From the NCBI GenBank assembly GCA_964521145.1, contig CAZFPU010000004.1, positions 1-25,618 on the forward strand: 25,618 nucleotides of DNA. Reading direction: 5' to 3'. Below the pieces are notes generated by a model, which was not told the origin of the DNA, did not search any database, and saw nothing but the letters and a program-made list of their open reading frames with translations. Both the position numbers and the translations under genes were made by a program. This DNA comes from an uncultured Methanosarcinales archaeon. Lineage in GTDB: Archaea; Nanobdellota; Nanobdellia; Woesearchaeales; GW2011-AR4. Numbering within the stretch: the first letter of the stretch is position 1; each line of letters opens with the position of its first letter. Below, piece after piece: positions 23,437 through 25,618 of this stretch.

Positions 23437-23943
23437 ATGGAGCAGAAAGAAAACCCAAAGGAAGAGAAAAAGGAAGCAGAGTCACAGATATTTGGACTTA
23501 GGACGACGGCAAATAGGGAAGACCAGGTCATGGATTTCATTGTATCAAACGCACAGAGAAAAAAGCTCGAGGTGCTTTCAGTCATAAGACCGCACGGGAT
23601 GCGAGGATATATTTTCTTAGAAGCAACCAATAAAGGGGATGCTGAGCAGGCTGCATTCAACGTGCCCTATGCTCGAGGCATTTTGCCAAAGCCGGTTGCC
23701 TACAGTGAAATTGAACACATGCTTGAGCAAGTGAAGCACGAAGTCAACATCCAGAAGCACGATATTGTCGAGATCATCTCAGGCCCATTCAAGAGAGAGC
23801 AGGCAAAGATCACAAGAATCGATAAGACCAAGGAAGAAGTTGTTGTAGAACTGCTTGAAGCCGCCGTTCCGATCCCAATTACAGTCAAATTGGATTCAGT
23901 TAAGGTCATCCGAAGAGATACTGATGATAAGATAGGGAATTGA
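23437..23943 (+). CDS. spt5: Transcription elongation factor Spt5 (NusG family)
   Basis: NGN domain (IFGLRTTANRE...RGYIFLEA) plus KOW motif (DIVEIISGPFKREQAKITRID) and VPIPITV. Confidence 0.96.
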   Translation: MEQKENPKEEKKEAESQIFGLRTTANREDQVMDFIVSNAQRKKLEVLSVIRPHGMRGYIFLEATNKGDAEQAAFNVPYARGILPKPVAYSEIEHMLEQVKHEVNIQKHDIVEIISGPFKREQAKITRIDKTKEEVVVELLEAAVPIPITVKLDSVKVIRRDTDDKIGN

Positions 23944-23959
23944 TTTTTTTCTTTTATTA

Positions 23960-24901
23960 TTAATTTGTTTTCTTAGAAGAAGCAAGTGTGCTGATGTAGC
24001 CCTTAATAAGTTGCTCGATGGCGTTTCTATGCACGAATACGGCTCCTGTCTGTTGCATGGTATCGTAACCAAACAGTTTTTTGGGAAGATCGATATCATG
24101 CACTACACCGTAAGCTTTGCTTACGATTCCTGAATGAAGGTATTTATCCTCACCAACTCTTGAAAATAACGGCTCCCCGCTTTCGCCATCGTAGATCAGC
24201 GTAGACGCGAATCGTAGATTTTCATTTCTTGTCTTGAATTTTTTTTGTGGCATTAAGTCAGGTCGATATTGCAGAACACGGCCCTGTGCCTCGAATAGCA
24301 AAGAATGAGCGGGCATTATTAGCCTACCGAGTTTGTCTACTTTTTTTGTAACATCGTAAAAATCCAATCCCCCGTACGAAAAGTCGAATCCATTTTCTGA
24401 TGCTCTTCCAGTCACGCGAATAAATGTCGAGACAGGATCTTCGAGAGCTGGCATCGCAGGATACAGATGTATCGTTGCCTTTCCTTTGCCTGGAATGCCC
24501 TTTGTTTTCAGCAACGCCAGATCAGACATCACATCATAGGCTACAACCTCAAATGGCCGATTGAACAGCAGCGCATTTGCTCTTGCTCTCTGAGGGATAA
24601 GACGAAGGTCATGCACGTTTTCATCCACGACATGGTATGCGGTTAGAAAAAGATTATCGCCAAGGTGCGTTGCCCTTCCATGAGTGGGGAATTGTTTACC
24701 CTGAGTTTTGGAAATATGAACTCTCGAAATATCATAGAGTATGGATTCAATTGTTGATTTGGATGTATATGTCCTCCCGGGATTGGTCAGAAAGTCCTTC
24801 AGTAATTCCATTTCAAGATCTGTTTCCGATTTTGAGCAACCGGCTAGCTGAGGGACAAAGAGAGCGGCAATACCGCCAGCGGTGAATTCACGTCTGTTCA
24901 T
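23960..24901 (-). CDS. Trypsin-like (S1) serine protease with Tat-like signal and lipobox
   Basis: MNRREF twin-arginine motif and LAGC lipobox. Catalytic His (LTAYHV), Asp (SDLALLK) and Ser (GESGEPLF) motifs in order. Confidence 0.8.
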   Translation of the reverse strand: MNRREFTAGGIAALFVPQLAGCSKSETDLEMELLKDFLTNPGRTYTSKSTIESILYDISRVHISKTQGKQFPTHGRATHLGDNLFLTAYHVVDENVHDLRLIPQRARANALLFNRPFEVVAYDVMSDLALLKTKGIPGKGKATIHLYPAMPALEDPVSTFIRVTGRASENGFDFSYGGLDFYDVTKKVDKLGRLIMPAHSLLFEAQGRVLQYRPDLMPQKKFKTRNENLRFASTLIYDGESGEPLFSRVGEDKYLHSGIVSKAYGVVHDIDLPKKLFGYDTMQQTGAVFVHRNAIEQLIKGYISTLASSKKTN

Positions 24902-25028
24902 AGAGGTGAACGGTGATTTCCTCTTTATAAATCTTTCTTTTTGTAATTACTTTATAGTAGTTAATTAATGAGTATTTCTGAATACCAAAAATGATAGCAA
25001 AGCTCACAAACACCTTTAAAAACCCCTA

Positions 25029-25042
25029 GAAACCTTTATAAA
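25029..25042 (+). promoter_or_regulatory. BRE/TATA promoter for rpl11
   Basis: GAAACC-TTTATAAA about 43 nt upstream of the ATG at 25086. Confidence 0.55.
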
Positions 25043-25085
25043 TGGGTCAAATCTCCTTCAACTAGAAAAATCTTATATTTTTATC

Positions 25086-25618
25086 ATGGCAACACAAAGC
25101 GTCGAAACTCTTGTAGCAGGCGGAAAGGCAACTGCAGCCCCCCCATTAGGTCCGGCCCTAGGACCATTAGGAGTAAATATCGGTCAGGTTGTCATGGAGA
25201 TAAACAAGAAGACCGCTGTGTTCAATGGCATGCAGGTGCCTGTCAAGGTAAAAGTCGATACTGATACCAAGGCATTCACGATCGAAGTGGGAACACCACC
25301 GGCATCATCTCTTATTCTTAAGGAAGCGGCTGTAGAAAAAGGCTCTGGCGCTCCAAATACCGACAAAGTCGCTGATATTAGAATCGAGCAGCTAATCAAG
25401 GTCGCAAAAATGAAATTTGACAATCTTCTAGGCAAGGACTTAAAGCAAAAGATCAAGGAAATTGCTGGTACCTGCCAATCAATGGGAATCCTCATCAATG
25501 GAAAGCCAGCTCCTGAAACTATAGCAGACATCAATTCCGGAAAATACGATAAAGAGATTAAGGATGAGAAGACCGAACTTACCGCTGCTGAACTAAAAGA
25601 GCTCGAAGAAGAGAAGAA
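25086..25618 (+). CDS. rpl11: 50S ribosomal protein L11 (uL11), 3'-truncated by window end (not in ORF track)
   Basis: Translated by hand: MATQSVETLVAGGKATAAPPLGPALGPLGVNIGQVV...GTPPASSLI...EIAGTCQSMGILI...SGKYD. No stop before the window end. Confidence 0.97.
   Translation, partial: MATQSVETLVAGGKATAAPPLGPALGPLGVNIGQVVMEINKKTAVFNGMQVPVKVKVDTDTKAFTIEVGTPPASSLILKEAAVEKGSGAPNTDKVADIRIEQLIKVAKMKFDNLLGKDLKQKIKEIAGTCQSMGILINGKPAPETIADINSGKYDKEIKDEKTELTAAELKELEEEK

Overview
A 25.6 kb archaeal chromosomal window, most consistent with a DPANN (Woesearchaeota-like) genome. Support: archaeal-type Spt5, SecE, L11, cytidylate kinase and long-type FKBP; BRE/TATA promoters; GGAGG/GGTGA ribosome-binding sites; several KRGQ/RRAQ class III signal peptide proteins. 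The phylum call is pattern recognition, not a search result. The left part (about 3.1-17.6 kb) is a type IV filament-like locus: a VirB11/TadA-family ATPase, a two-domain TadB/C (ArlJ-like) platform protein, an RHH regulator, two coiled-coil proteins, three tandem paralogous membrane proteins and two paralogous pilin-like proteins, with a K+ channel gene between the ATPase and platform genes. Six spacers between 2.9 and 13.0 kb carry a family of palindromic repeats with conserved flanks and compensatory stem changes. The right part is housekeeping: cmk, an FKBP/SlyD isomerase, and the ftsZ-secE-spt5-rpl11 cluster, interrupted by five extra genes including a PAP2 protein lacking the PSGH histidine and a Tat/lipobox trypsin-like protease. 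The most notable single gene is a small Zn-ribbon protein carrying a minimal eRF1/VLRF1-like domain with a GGYSQ loop. No rRNA, tRNA, CRISPR array or transposase was recognised.
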